A stretch of DNA of 64,000 nucleotides from Tubiluchus corallicola (lineage: Eukaryota > Animalia > Priapulida). The stretch's first letter is position 1. The number at the start of each line of letters is the position of its first letter. A program made the translations under genes and the position numbers. The notes below the pieces were generated by a model. The model saw nothing but the letters and a program-made list of their open reading frames with translations. It searched no databases and had not been told where the DNA came from. Below are positions 42,701 to 57,700 of this stretch, piece after piece. The stretch lies in assembly GCA_030141605.1 (NCBI GenBank), contig JAQGDQ010000136.1:124001-188000 (forward strand). Reading direction: 5' to 3'.

Positions 42701-45700
42701 AATATTTATCAATTTTGCAAAAATTCACTAAGACATTGTAGCTCAAATATTGTAACTTCCTTGTTGTTTTAGTAGCATAAAATGCTGTGTTACCAAAATA
42801 AGTACCTTGAATTGTATTCATATTTAGTACAGACCTAGTAAAAACTGACAGTGACCACCTAACCACTTGAACAATAAAACCATGCCTATTTGGGTGCAAA
42901 AAGTTTGCACAAAAAAGGGGTTAAAATTGAATTTAATTGGCAATAAATCATTTTAAATAAATTTTAGTGTGTAATAAAGAATCAATGAGTTAATCAACAA
43001 AAAAAGTGTGTACAAAAACTCTGATATACCAAATTTCAAAAACTAATGCTTACGTCAAATTGCAATGGATTTAGCAGGAGGAAAGCAAAATCTAAGTACT
43101 AATAGTCTCACAGCAATAGTAAATACTGGCAACATGCTGGTGTAAAAATAAAGAGTGTATTATCCAATGTTTCAGAGTACATTCTTTACTTCATCACCCG
43201 GAAGACTTTGTCCGTAATGAGACAACGATAGCAACAACAATCTAGTAAATCATGACAATATCAAAGAAAATATCAAAAACAACCAACCTGGATACAATAA
43301 TCAGTTTGCAAGTGGGTAGAACTCTAGCATGACAGATTCTTCTATAATGATAGCGTACGTTATACTCTGAGAAGTTTGATAATGCACAGCTTAAATAATC
43401 TTAAATTAGCTAGTAAAAACTCACATCAAAAATGTCTGCATTGATTGCTTCTAAAGTATAAAACACATAACTGGGTTCTGCATCACTCCACAGCTCTGCT
43501 GTACACGGATAACTATTACAGATGAACAGAGGCACAGGCTGAGGCAACACTGTCACGAATACCTAAAACAAAATCAGTCACTGTGGTAGACAAAATTGCA
43601 GTCTTATACGACAAGTAAAAAAAAGGTAAAGTGCGGAATGAGAGCATTTACACAAAATAAATTTTGTGCTTTCTGCTTTCGGCTAGCAGTTAGGTCGAGA
43701 AAATTATCTTATTTTACTTGAAAATCAACATATGCTCTATCTCAAAACAAAAATAATGTTTCACTTTATCAATAAATGTGCTATGTTACAGCTGCCAGAA
43801 GTCATAAAAAACAAGAAACAAAAAGAAATGGTAGTTTTTTTAGGCTCCAGGAGTTAAGATTGATCACGAAATATTTACATAAAAAAATTAGCAGAAAATA
43901 CATCACAAAACATACCAGTGCATCAGTTGCCAAACTAGGATCATTCTCGTTGGTTGCACTTACTGTAAGCGTATGACTCTGATTTTTTTCATAATTGAGC
44001 TCTTTGTTGAGTATGATCCCTGCCTGTAAAGATAAAATGTATTCACAGTGTCATCACTTTAGCCTTACCATAACACACAAATTTAGATATCAATAAATAC
44101 AAACATCATTTAAAAGATCAGAGCAAATTACACACATTCGAATTTCAACTTACAGTGTTGTTCTCAAAGTCCTCAATCTTGAAAAAGTCGTCTTGAGTCA
44201 TCGAAAAGCTGACTGGATCTTGGTTTGGTGTTGATGCACTTAGAATGACAACAATCGTTTCCACTGGCTCTGACTCTTGTACAGAAGGATTATACGACGT
44301 CTGATCGAACTTCGGGTAGTCATCAGACGTCACTTTCATTACAATGTTAATATTACTATAAAGAAGAGGAAGCTGGTCATCTCTCGCAGTAATGGTAACA
44401 GTGTAATCCGCAACAGCCAGTGGAGGGTATTTGTCTGAAATAGTTGATGGAACTGTGCAAAAACAAATACTTGATCTTTGAACAAAAGAAATTTGTTCAC
44501 AAAAATTTAAAAAATTTTAATTAAGCTAGAAGATTAATTATCCTTGAAGCATAATAAAATTTCTTTTCACTCTTCATCATGCCTTAGGTAATTCATTCAA
44601 TCACTCATTCATTCACATATTCGTTTTCTACAGTTAACCAAATGAACGATGGCATTAAAATTTGCCATGAGAACAACACTCTGCTTTGTCAAATAAAAGA
44701 AATAGACAAAGATGAAAGGCTTGTCATCCAAGAGGTCTGTAACAAAATTTAAGACTTTGGGACAAGTTTTCCTCTCAGTTATGGACTTAAGAGGAAATGC
44801 AAACAGAATATGAAGAGTAAATAAAATAAAAAACAAATTCCAAAGCTTGGAGCATCATCTAAAATTAGTAAAATGACCTTAACATGCATTCATCCTACCT
44901 GCATAAAATTGCCTAAAGTTACAGAAAACTAATGCAAACTTATCTAAGTATCTAAGCTCACTAACAAGTTATGTAAATTCACTAAAATTTCAACAGGTGC
45001 ATACAAAACTACAATCAACCTCGCTCAAACTTACTAGAAAAAGAATCAAGTTCCTTATTTGCCTGGAAAATATGTGAGCTTACATAGAACTTATACAAAC
45101 AATGTGCAAAATTTCTCAGTGGCAAACCCAGTCAACAGAGCAACACTGGGTGTTTCACATCAAATCTGGTAAAAATTTGATTTTGACAATTAGGAAACAA
45201 ACATGTAGTGATAAAGAACAGCATATATATATCAGTAATGAGCTATAACTATTTATCCAAAAATAAGATAACTAGTGCTAAAGAGGATACTTATTTTGCA
45301 TATTGCTCTAGATTTTTGTAGATAAGTATTCTGCTGTTTACACATTCAGCAGAGCTTTTACATTCATGTTGCCACGTGTGTCAGCTTTGCGAATATTAAA
45401 AAAATATAAGTACAGTAAATCCTCACTTAACGATGCTAAAGCATTCCAGCAAAACACAGCATTAAGTAAAATGTCCCTAAACGAAGCCAAAACTTTCATA
45501 GAAGGTAATACAAAAGAGTTGAGATACATTCCAGAGGCAAAAATCAATACTACTAATCTTTTATGAGTTTTATTGGTATTTTTACTAATTATTTTTTTCT
45601 GCTTGCTTGAAACCACTGACCTTTCTTACCAATACCCAGCTAGCCGTTTGATTTTCAAAAATTTCACAAATATTTGTCGCTCAAAAGCCTAACATTTAGA

Positions 45701-48700
45701 AGTCAATCGGGAAGCAAAAGCATATAACACATAATAATTGTACTGTTTCACATTACTAGTGCATTTTTAGAATAAAATAAGGTAGTATGTACACTTCTAA
45801 TGCTTGAAATACGATAAGAAATTTGTTAATCAAATAAAAAATGACTTTGAGAAAAGCAAAAAAATCGTCATTAAAATTAATGCATTGTTAGGTAAGGAAA
45901 AGGTTCCAAATGCTCAGCATGGCTAAAATGAAACTTCACTAAGCAGAGAGCCGCTAAGCGAGGACTTAGTGTACAGCATAAAATATACTGGACAAAAAAT
46001 GTCTTACTTGTATAAATATCACCATACGTGCTGTGAATGTTAAACAGTCCATCACAAAAAGTATCACACTGTAATTCATACACAATATCAGTAGGATGGG
46101 TGGCAACTACTCTGTAAAGGACCTCATTTATCCCAGTGTCACTTGGTACCAGTATTGTGTCCGGATACGGCAAGAATTCAGGTGGTTTGTACGGCTCCAC
46201 ATGCACTATCACCTGAAGAAACAATGGCTTCATTACTCTGTCAAATACATAAGCAATTAAGCACTGAGAACACAAGCTGAAGCACAGCTTGTAGATGAAG
46301 TTCCACTACAGTTATTCAGAAAACAGAGAATAAAAATAAACGTTTAAAATCTAAGAACAAGAAAAGTATTCAAATAAAAATAAAATGAGAGGAACTAATA
46401 TAGAATCCATAAATCAGTGACCTCTATCGATCTTATTAAAGCATACACACATTACCAGGAAAATTCTCAAAGCTCGTTAACCTGCAGTAAACATCTGATG
46501 AAGTAAACAAAATATCGAGAACTTTACAGCTTACGACAAATATTTACAAGTGTTACTCTCTAACAGCCAGTTTAGCCGATAAGAACTGCCAGAAGTCTAC
46601 AAAATTTTTTTTGGCCCATATTCACTAAATTGCAGGGTAATTATATTAACAGAAAATAATAGCACAACAGTCAGAGTATCAAATATTACTATAATGTTTA
46701 CATACTGCAGCCTCAGCACTGTGGTCAACTGTATTTGCTGTAACTAGAAGATAATGTGTAGAAAAAGTATCGTAATCTAAAGCATCAATTGTGGTAATTT
46801 CACCCTGCAAAATTCAAATACATCAAAACATTATGATATACGCAGTAATATATCAAAATCAATATATCGATTCACTTAAAGTTTTCTCAAGAGAAATCTG
46901 ATTAATTTGTTGAACTATTAAAATTTAAATATAGCCCTCGAAACATAAGTAAATGCATTTGTTGCTACACTTACACTTTGATTATTTATAGCAAAAAAAT
47001 CTGAAGATTCCGAAAATTCATAAGTTATTGGAGCAGTACTGTTGGCGGCAACGTTAATAATGTACGTTCCGATGTCCACATTTTCCGCAACTGAAGCTAT
47101 GTATGGATTAGTACTGAAAACTGGAATGTCCCGATCTTCATCATATATCTGGAAATATAAATATATAATCATACATTACAAAAACTAAAGATGAGGGAGT
47201 TCAAGAAATTGTATAGACATTAAAACAAACGTATCTGTATACGACTGTTAAATGAAATGCTATTTCTTCATATATTTTTAATCAGGAGTTATTTACAGCA
47301 TATGATGGACAACATATATCTTCAGCTAGAAAATTCCTTAGCAATATTGTGTCGTTACAACTTTTTGCTGCCTCAAAATTTCTCACTCTACCAAAAAAAC
47401 ATTCCCCTCCTAACGACATTAAATTGCAGCCGAGAAACATAGCTGCATTTCTTATTTCAGTTTTACATTACATTAACAGTCCCTATAAATGAAGTTTTCC
47501 ATTGCTCGGTTTACAAAAGTGCAAGGCAAAAAATATTAAATAAACAAAAAAATATTAAATAAACAATGTAAAAAAATAACAAAAATATCCTAATTAATAT
47601 GACATAAAAGCATGGTCGTAACAATTGATAAGAGTTAAAAAGAAAATGAAATACATTACAGCTAACGACTATTTATAGGTAACAAGATATGAAATGGAAG
47701 CAATGCCCGTAAGACAATTATTAGCAATCATACTGAGAAAAGTTTGTGCTCTTTCTTTATGTAGCTATTTTCCTTGTCTTTAACAACATGTCTACAAGAT
47801 TATACTCTATTACTGCTATCATTAATTTATCAATGTTTCTGTTACAATAATGAATGCCATGAAAATTGATTATAAATTTCTCATAACATGCAGAGTCAGC
47901 CTGTTCTAGTAAAATGAATTTCAGCAGTTCGGTACGTAGGTGCTACTAGAAATTAACAAAGCACAAGTACCAAGCCACACAGTACAGACCAACAATTTCT
48001 GGATAATAGCTGGGAAACTGACTAACTTATCCCTTGAAATATACTCGCAAACTCAAGTTAACATAATAACATTTGAAAACCCTCTCGGTTCGCAGTCATA
48101 ATTACCTCAATTGTCATATTCAGATTTGGGTCAGATATCTCACCGTTGCTCTTTGCTTGGATTTCCAATTCGTAGAAACCCACGTCACCACTATTCAACT
48201 GTTTATTTGTCTTAAGATTACCACTTTCCAATTCTAGTGTGAATGTATCCGGGTCACCTTCAATAATGATGTACTCCACATCAACGCCTGTAGCATAAAC
48301 AGTGTAAATGACTTGATCTATCTCAGCAGATGTGTGCAGGTATATGATGCTCGGGACGGGCGCAAACTCTGGAGGACCGTCTGGAGTCTCTTTCTTTAAC
48401 ACCATAACTGTTACCTGTAAAAACAACAAGTTACGATTTAATTTGCTTGTTATATCACTAATGGGCCCAAAAGCCATTTTTCTGCTTTTAGCACAAATCC
48501 TCCTTTTCACCTGAATTGCAACACAATGTACCAATCTCACAAAAAAAACAATTTCAAAGACTTGCAGAAATTTAGCAAAGTAAAACACATCATCTTTGTA
48601 AAGTGGTAAGTTGTTAAGCTTACCGGTTTGTCGAAAACTCAGAAAAGCTAATCCTTAATCTCAAAATAGAACAGAGACGTTGTTACTAGTCCAAGAATAA

Positions 48701-51700
48701 AGAAATAATATAGAAAACTACATAACTGAATTTGACGAAATGAAACTTACCAATCTTAAAATTTTTCATTTGGTTAACTATGGTATACATTAGTTATCAA
48801 TAAATAAAAAAGCAGTCACCAAGTTAGATTTTTGAATAAGAAACAAAAATCAAAGTGAAATCACAACACAAAACCTGCAAAAAAGGTACACAATATTCCA
48901 ACAGTTGCAAGTTGCAAGCAAACCACATTAAAAGTTCAAGAGATACAGAGAAAGATACATTTCAGGATAATCATAGACACTACACAAGTGGATTTTTTTC
49001 ATCAACTAGATATCAGTATTAATTCTGGGATTTATCATCTGGATATTACCTTTTTTTGCTCATTTTTTGCTCTTACTTGATCTAGAAATTCGATTGAAAA
49101 AATTATAAAGCCTACCCTAGCTAAATCAAGGTCGGTGGTCTTTAGTAGGTATTTTATGCAATCAGATTGTGAGCTCATAACAATACTCTAAATTCTTTAG
49201 CAGGTTTAAGTCTTTAGCTGTGCATAAGTTTTCAATGTTTTTGTCAATTCTAACCATCTAACCTTAGCATGTCTTCTCATTAGCTGGAACTAACACACTA
49301 GCAGTAAAATAAATTTATAAAATTCAATCATTCATGTTGGAATTTCAAAAACTTATACCACATCAGCATTAAGTTACTTTTGGTATTACAACTTAATAAC
49401 TGGCAGAGTTTTGGAAAAAAAATTCTTTGGTGAAATCACTGAACTGGGAAGAACTAGATATCATTTGTTAAATCTGTATCAAAAATTTGTGCCCGAATTT
49501 TGATCAGAAGTATCGCAAGATAATCAGCATTCAAAAAGTTCACACTTACTTTATAAAAACTGAATGAAAATAATATAGTAGGAAAAATGTTTTTTGAGCT
49601 ATACCAAGTTGAAAACTTACCATAGCAAAACTATGCCAGTTTTGATTCATGGAATTAACTGCTCGAATAAACAGATTATGTATAAATGGATCTTCATGTA
49701 CAAGGGTCTCTGCTGTTGTAATAATGCCCTGTTAAAAATGATACTGTATTAGAACAACTACTAAAAGTGGATAATGAGTCTAGCCAGGAGGGTTTGCAGG
49801 GTCCGTCTGAACCCTCCATCAGTTTTTGCATAATATTAACACTTGTAATATCAATAAAATAATCTGTTTTAAAATATGAACAAAACTGGATAAAAATAGC
49901 TTTTACAGCCAAGATTGCAGAAACCCTTAACTGAATGTTGGTTCAAGTCAAAAATGCAGCATTTTCTTGGTTTGTCATTTGTTTATTGTTAAAAGATAGT
50001 TTATAGATTTACAAAAGGCACGTTAGAATAAAATTTGCAAATAAAGAATACAAAAACTATAATCCATAAAGGAAAATAAAGCTTGCAAAAGAGGCAACTG
50101 CAGTAAACTATAGATAGCTCAGTAGCTGTCTGACACCCTCTCATAAATTCTAGCTATGCCTTAGCAGGCTTGAAAGCAATGTAATGTTACAATGTTAATG
50201 TAGTGATTTAAGCAGCATTTTAACATCTCTTTAATTTTCTTTGCCATTAAAAATATCGTAAAAAACATATAAAACACATGAAAGGTAGTTGTTATTGCAA
50301 TGATGCACAACAACACAAAGTAAAGATGATGTAAACTGATAAAAAATTCCTACTTTTTATTGAGAAATCATAACATCATGCTTATCTTTTAAACCATGTG
50401 GCTTCGAACTTTTTTAATGTTGCAATGAATCTTTTCGTTTTTTGAATCACTTGTTCAGTATGCCAATTTTATCGAAGCTACTTTAGTTGGACAACTGCAT
50501 ATCAATGTAATATTGTGCAATCAACATAAATAACCAGCAAAAACATGCTGTCTTCTAAAAACTGGAGGAATAGAATTTTAAATATTTTTTAATTTGTAAT
50601 AAATTACATTCAAAAAGTCTTGTGAAAAATTAACATTATATACTTACAGTGGCTTCATCAATACTGAACTTGCCCAGAGACTCTGGTTGAGTCATTTCAC
50701 TGTCAATACTGTACTGTACTGTACCATTAATTACACTTGCTGTTACTGTTAGAATCTGTAAATTAGTACTTGAATTAAAATACCTTATCTATGGCATATC
50801 ATCGTAAGCTAAAGGTAAGGTATAATACTTTAACTAGTTGGAAAGCTTTTGCATCTTTCATACTGAAGTATATTATGTAAATAAATAAATAAACCACACT
50901 TGTTGTAGTAAATCTGGCATATTTTTTTGTTTAAATTAGTTCAAATAAAATTTGACATCATCCATTTCTGAATCTAGACAATGCATATTATAATTTGAGG
51001 CTATATATTCTTGAAGAGAACGTAATTTCGAAGTATTGATCAAATTTAAACAAAAAATACATGTGATTTACTATAACATGCATGTAGTAAATCTACTACA
51101 ACAAGAGTGGTTTATTCATTTATTTACATAGCATAATTTAGGTAAGATATAGGTTCACAAAAATGTAACCAAAACTGCTGAAAAAACTGGACAGTTGAAA
51201 TCATGAATTACAGCAAAAAATGCATTGCTTTATTTTTTTGTATAGTTTGACAGCACACTCGGTGACAGAGTTTGCTTGAAGCAGATGGTTGAAGCAGAAC
51301 TGGAATGTAGTTCATTACCAAGACTAATTCTCTGAGACTGTGAAATGGCTCAACTTGCTAATTATACAAATAAAAATGTAAAAATATGACCCAATCGTCA
51401 CATGACTACCAAACTATACATTCTGATGGGATATTCTGCATCAAATTAAAGTTTAGCTGAAATGATTGATCAATCGCAGCAAAACAACAGCCAACAACCA
51501 AACTAAAATCATAGTCAAGAGACAAGTGTAGAAAAAAAATGCAAAGTTAGTGAGTGCAAGCTATAAGCAAGTAAAAACAATAGCACACATTTTTAATCAA
51601 ATATAAATTAAGCAGATAAAATATCTAAATGTCTTCAGTGTTAGTCATTTGTTAGGAAGCTAAAGTTCAATTATGTCAATGTACTGATGATCCTACTGAA

Positions 51701-54700
51701 ACTACCATTACTACGTACAAATTGCAATTTACTGCAGATGTTTTATTTACACTTAAAATAATTGCAGACAGCAGGAAACCAATTAAAAAATAGGCGAGCA
51801 TCAAAGACAAAAGACTTCAATTTCTTTAAAAATAGAAAAAATGAGTCAGTGCTTGTAAGAACTACTTCTGGCAAAATATATCACGCTTTACACGCCATAC
51901 TTAAGATGAGTGTACAGTTGCAAAAAATACGGAATTGTTAACTACAAAAAATAAAAACAACATAACATTTGAATAAACAAAGAGTAAGTTTTGAACCTCT
52001 TTTCCTGGTGTAACTCCTTCCATCACCTGTCCACTGTAGCCAACACTATCAAATTTTGGAATATCATCATCGTCATCGTACACTGAAACCACAATGTCTA
52101 TTGTCGATTTAAATATTCCATCCGATGCCTCAACCCTCAAGTCATAATCGCTGACAGTTATCGAATTGTTCAGAGTGATTATACCTAAAGCAAAATCAAT
52201 GATTATACCAGGAGAATCAATAAGGCATTAGTTGCAACATTTTTAATTCTCTAAATACAAATAATAAAATCACTTAATGAAACTGCTAAACAAAAATAAG
52301 TTGTACAAGTGGTAATTGAAAATCATCTGTTCACCATATTAGAATGAGAGTTGATCTTTGTCAACTTAATCATGATTTAGTTGATCATTACTTAATGAGC
52401 TGCCCTTTTTACTACCATGCCAGACGTGACTTATTTACAATCTCTGCATTCTTTTGTCCGATTTTAACATCAATGTTTACAGTCTTGCGACAAATGAACT
52501 TGTACATTTGTTCCTGCAAGGAAACCATACCCTAGATAATTTTTGTATTAGTGCAGTCTTTTATTTCAAGCACTAAGCGTTTGAAATAGTATTAACCATG
52601 TTGCTCTTGTTACATAGTAGTGTTGATAATTATTGCAATATCTGTTGTACAATATGGTCACCATTGTTCTGCATCTATCTAGCATTTCGCTCCCACTAGA
52701 GGAGAACATATCAGTTGTAAAACAGTCTGTTTTATACGTAGTTTGCCAAATTACATTTTCAATAAAATGATGTCGAAATGTTATCATAATTGCAAAGTAT
52801 GTTATTTAGAAAAAGAATACTGTCCAAGAATAACAATAAAACTCACAAACATTTGCAGAAAACTGATAAAGATCAGGATCAGTACCACAATCAATGTTGA
52901 CAGGCACAGAATCCATAATTATAATAAAAAGTGGAACTGGCAAATGGCAAGTAATTGTTTTTGCAGAAACTAAGTTTTGCGATATACTTTCCCAAACTTG
53001 TGGTTATAATTACAGCTTCAATGAAAACAGCGTGATTTTTCTCATATACTAATACTATTTCATATGCATTTTGTAAGTACGGTAAAAAGTATATATTTTA
53101 ACACCTATAGTAGTGCTAAAGCATTTCAGATAATTAAATAATAAGTTGAAAACTTAATTAGGACAGGGGCACCCAGCAAGTGATGACATCACAACTGAAC
53201 ATAATTTTCAACAGTAGAAACATTCCGTGAGAGTACTACACCTGTTTGCAAAAGCAAAAATTGAAGTACAGTGATAGTGTGATAAACTCGAGATGTATTA
53301 AGTTTAAATTTCAAATTTCAAATTAACCGTTTGGCTTAAACAAGAGCTCTTAAATGTGTGCACTATGTCAAAATGAATATTATTGAACTAAGAGGTACAG
53401 CAGCTGTTACACGAAGGCGCTAGTACCCGTCTAACTAACGAATGGCGAAAAATTAGCTGCGTGAATGCAAAATTTATGATTTCGTGTTGATTGTTGTAAA
53501 TCATTGTTGAAAAATAGTACATTCCATTTCAATATTTTATAAGTTGAATTGTGTTGAACTATAGTTTTAGATAGGGTCCGGTTTTATTTCAATGTTTATT
53601 GAATAGGTGATTTTTATACATTCTACTCGAGGAAGTACAACAAAACACTTTATGCCAGTCACAATCATATGTTTTTTTCAGATAATTTCAAAATATTTGC
53701 TAATTGAACACTTGTTAGTAATACAAACATCGATTTATTTTTTCAAAGATTAACACCTAAAAAATTTTTCTTTTTACTTTTGCCACTTTATATTTTTTCT
53801 CTTTCTATGTCTCTCTATCACTGAAGTCAAGAAATTTATTAATTTAGTTTTAATGGATGCAACAATTCCCATGCTGCCAATACACACGCACAGTGGTTAT
53901 TTGGTCATGCGAAAAAAGAAAGAACCCCAAAGCTTATATGCAAGTACCACGGTACTTAATAACTATGCAAGCAAATACGAAACTGTGCATCTGACTATTT
54001 TGTTCCACTGATAAATCTCAAACCAAATTTTCAATTTTTTGACTTTCCCGAACATGACACAAATAAATGCACACCTGTTGTATCCCCAATGCTAAATTCT
54101 GAGCTTAGAGGGTCGAAGCGATAACTAATCGATCTAGCTGACTGCGACGTCGCATGCAGTTGCCAAACCACATCACCTTGGGAAATGGATTCGTGTATGC
54201 GAATTACATCCGGGACTGGACTAAAGACAGGAGCACTGTTCTGAGTTACCATAATTGATACCTAGCAAAATAAAAAAACTATGTATTTAACCATTTGTAA
54301 GGACAATAATAATTTTTTTCAATTGTTGTTTTCCTTTTGGTAACTTACCTGACCAAACTATCAGAAAGCAGATAACAAGAGATGATTTTCAGACATATTG
54401 CTAGTTCACAAAGCACATATAGCATCTTTTAGTAAAATGGATAGTAGCTCAGCTATTAATATTATATAACTACAATGCTAAAACATTTAGCAAAAGCCTT
54501 AGTAAGAGACAATAATAATACCGTGACATTGGTTTGATAAGCCTCCTCGATTGTGTTTATTGCTGTTACCATGGCATAGATAGGCAGTCCATCGTTGTAA
54601 TCAAGCGGTTTATTCTCCACCGTGCGAATCCAGCCATTATCCTAATAATTAAGAATGAAAAACACATTCTGAGGCATCAATTGCTTTATACTGCTTAATC

Positions 54701-57700
54701 CTTAGCATATTAGTGTGAACTTTTACATGCAAATGTTAACCAAAACTTCTTCTAAAAACACCATCTGTATATGGGCTGGTGTTACTTGTAGTGCAGCAGA
54801 ATATAAAATGCTTTTAAGTATGCTCTCCGCAGAACTGAAATAATTATTTCCAAAATACAGCTGAAATCTCGCATTATATGCGTATTTCTGTTTTACCCAA
54901 TTTCAGATTGTCATTTAACTCTTGGAGCTTACCTACAATTTTTTACTTGAACAAATTATAAACCATATACATACAATTATAAACTTGCATGCAAAATTAT
55001 ATCTAGATAAAAGAATCATAACTATTTAAAATCAAAAGTAAAAAATAATTTCTTCACGTGAAATACTATTTACAAGTATCTCATGCAAGATGCAAGTAAT
55101 AATGCTGAATGAGGTGCATGGTCAAATGTAAAGATTCGTAATTAAAGTCAAACAAAAACAAAACAACTAGCTGAAAAAGTAGGCTTATTTGTAGCTTTCA
55201 TTTTATTTTTGGTTCCAACACGAAAAAGCTGATTTGTCAGGTGCAAGCTAGCAATTCAATAAAATCACTTAGATGAACAAACTTTTATGGTTAAATAGTA
55301 CCAGCAATATCATCGCTTATTGTCCTTAAGCATTGTAGGCAGACTAAAGATGAACAGGTAATCCTGTGTTCACTCAAATTTAAAAACTAATGAAAAAATA
55401 CCTTATCAATATGGAAATGACCATCATTTTCCGGATAGTCCATTATCATTTCATAATAAACTTCAGCACCAGTTGAAACAGTAGCCATTACTTGCACGAC
55501 ATCTTGTATTTCATCTACATTTTCTTCTACACTACCTGTGTAAAATGGATCTCCAAACACAGGATAATGATTGTCCTCAGAGCTATTGAATATGTCCAAC
55601 TGAAGTAATGTTTCTGAGTAAAAAGCTGAATCAGACTTGTCTTCGGCACTAATGGTCAAATTTTGCTGACCAATGTCTAAGTGAGAATCTCTAGTGTGCC
55701 ATATGTGTCCCAAGTCTTCATGTATTTCAAAATCAGTCGGTGAACTGAGCAACTCGTACCTAACGCCACCTGTCCCTATTGCAAAAACAGTATAGATGAT
55801 CTCATCCTTTTGAAAATTATCTGGAACTCTGACTGGATTTGGTATCGGAGCAAACTGTGGTTTCTCTACTTTGATTCCTGGAGTAATTACCACAAAAACC
55901 TACAAAAAGAACCTACATCTTGTTAACTGCTGAATCAGACCACAATAATGACTGTAATTAAGGTTTCCTACATGAATGTCATTTTTCAAAAAATTTGGTT
56001 TCTCTGGGCTTCTTGAAGCACGTAGTTTACCATGTATGCCATAAAATATGCAATATTATAAATTGCAATTACTGAAATACCCTCAACGTGAATCATTACT
56101 AAACTAAACAGTACTGCTGCTAACATTAGTGAACAAAATGCATGGCATTTTTAGAAACTGCATGTGCTTTGAACACAATAAATCAAACATAATGGTGACG
56201 GTATCTATTAAATTTTGAGATATAATTGGTTTGAATGTCAAATGGTTTTTAATCCAATTAAAAATTGGAATTAATGAAAAAATACTAAAATTTTATACTT
56301 ACATAAACATCTGTTTGAAGACCACTGAGATCACTTGCTGCAGTCACTTTTAGCTCATACAGTGCATTATCATCATATAGCAAGGTTGCAAGAGTGGTAA
56401 TTAATCCAGTTGTGTTATCTATAACAAAGGAATCCTCATGTCCTGTTAGCTCATAAGTAACACTTGCTCCAGAAGTTGTGTTAGCTGATACTGTGACAAC
56501 TGATGTCCCGATTGGCTGATTCTCCTCCATTTGCGCCGAATATGTCGGCTCGCTGAAGATGGGATAATCCTCATCGTTATCAAAAACAGTTATATTAACA
56601 GCGTAATCTGCAGATAAACCTGTCATTCCATCATCAGCTGTCAACACTATGAAATACTCGTCAACAGTTATTTCGTTTTTCGTGAATAAATAGCCAGTTT
56701 CTCGGCCTATATGAAACTGACTGTCTCCAGTAAGTCCATAAGAAATATCTCCTTTTCCGGTTGCAAGAAACTGATAAATGACCACATCCATGCCTGTTGC
56801 CTCAGTGTGGATCCGCAATGGATCCGGAACCTTTGCAAACACAGGTGGCTCATCTTCGCCCTTGTAGACAGTTATGAACACCGGCACAAAAGCGCTCAGG
56901 CGCGGGTCACCATCATCACGAGCCCGAATGAGCAGTTCATGAATGGGTGTTTTTGCATCAAAAGGTTTCAAATTGGTGATTTCCCCAGTAGAATTATTAA
57001 TTTCAAAAATACCCTGATCATTACCTAAAATGGAAAAACAAAACATTAAATCAGCTAATATCAACAATGTGCTTAAAATGTCAGGTATGTCATTGATGGT
57101 GCGACAACTGATGCAATTAGCAATGTAATGGCACTACAAGCAGGTAACAGAAGACCAAGATTTGAGTAAAATAAAGAGAAAGCTGCACAATAAGGACTAA
57201 ATCTGATTAAGTGCAATGCGTAAATTTTTCTCATGACTGCGACAAGCAAATGCAAAAACTGTTAGTTAAAAAATAATTAGTACAACAAACTTACCTTCGT
57301 GAATGCTATAGTCTATTTGATCAGCATCATCATCAAATGCTTCAACTGTCAAGATTAAGTGACCAATTTGAACATTATCAGCTACATCAGCAGTGTAGGA
57401 GTAGACGTTGAAATAAGGCGGTGAATTTGTGGTAACAGAAATGATAGCCTGAATAGCTGTCGATCTGAAATTATATAAAAGTACCGATGAGTCAGAAGTG
57501 CAGACATGTTTTTTGCAGAACTATTAAGGTTTGCAAAATGTCTTTTGGTTGACATCGTCGATAAGCATAGATTCAGAAATACAAATGTAACTGAATTTGT
57601 ATTAAAAATTATATATCTAGTTTGTTTTAAAGTCAGATTTAGCAAATTTTTAGAAAAAAACAAATAAACCCTTACAAACTTTCTCTGTAGATATACTGAG

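Noticed and set aside
45411-45745. Tigger-like left end (TA-cagtaaatcctcacttaacg)
   Set aside because: No matching right TIR found.
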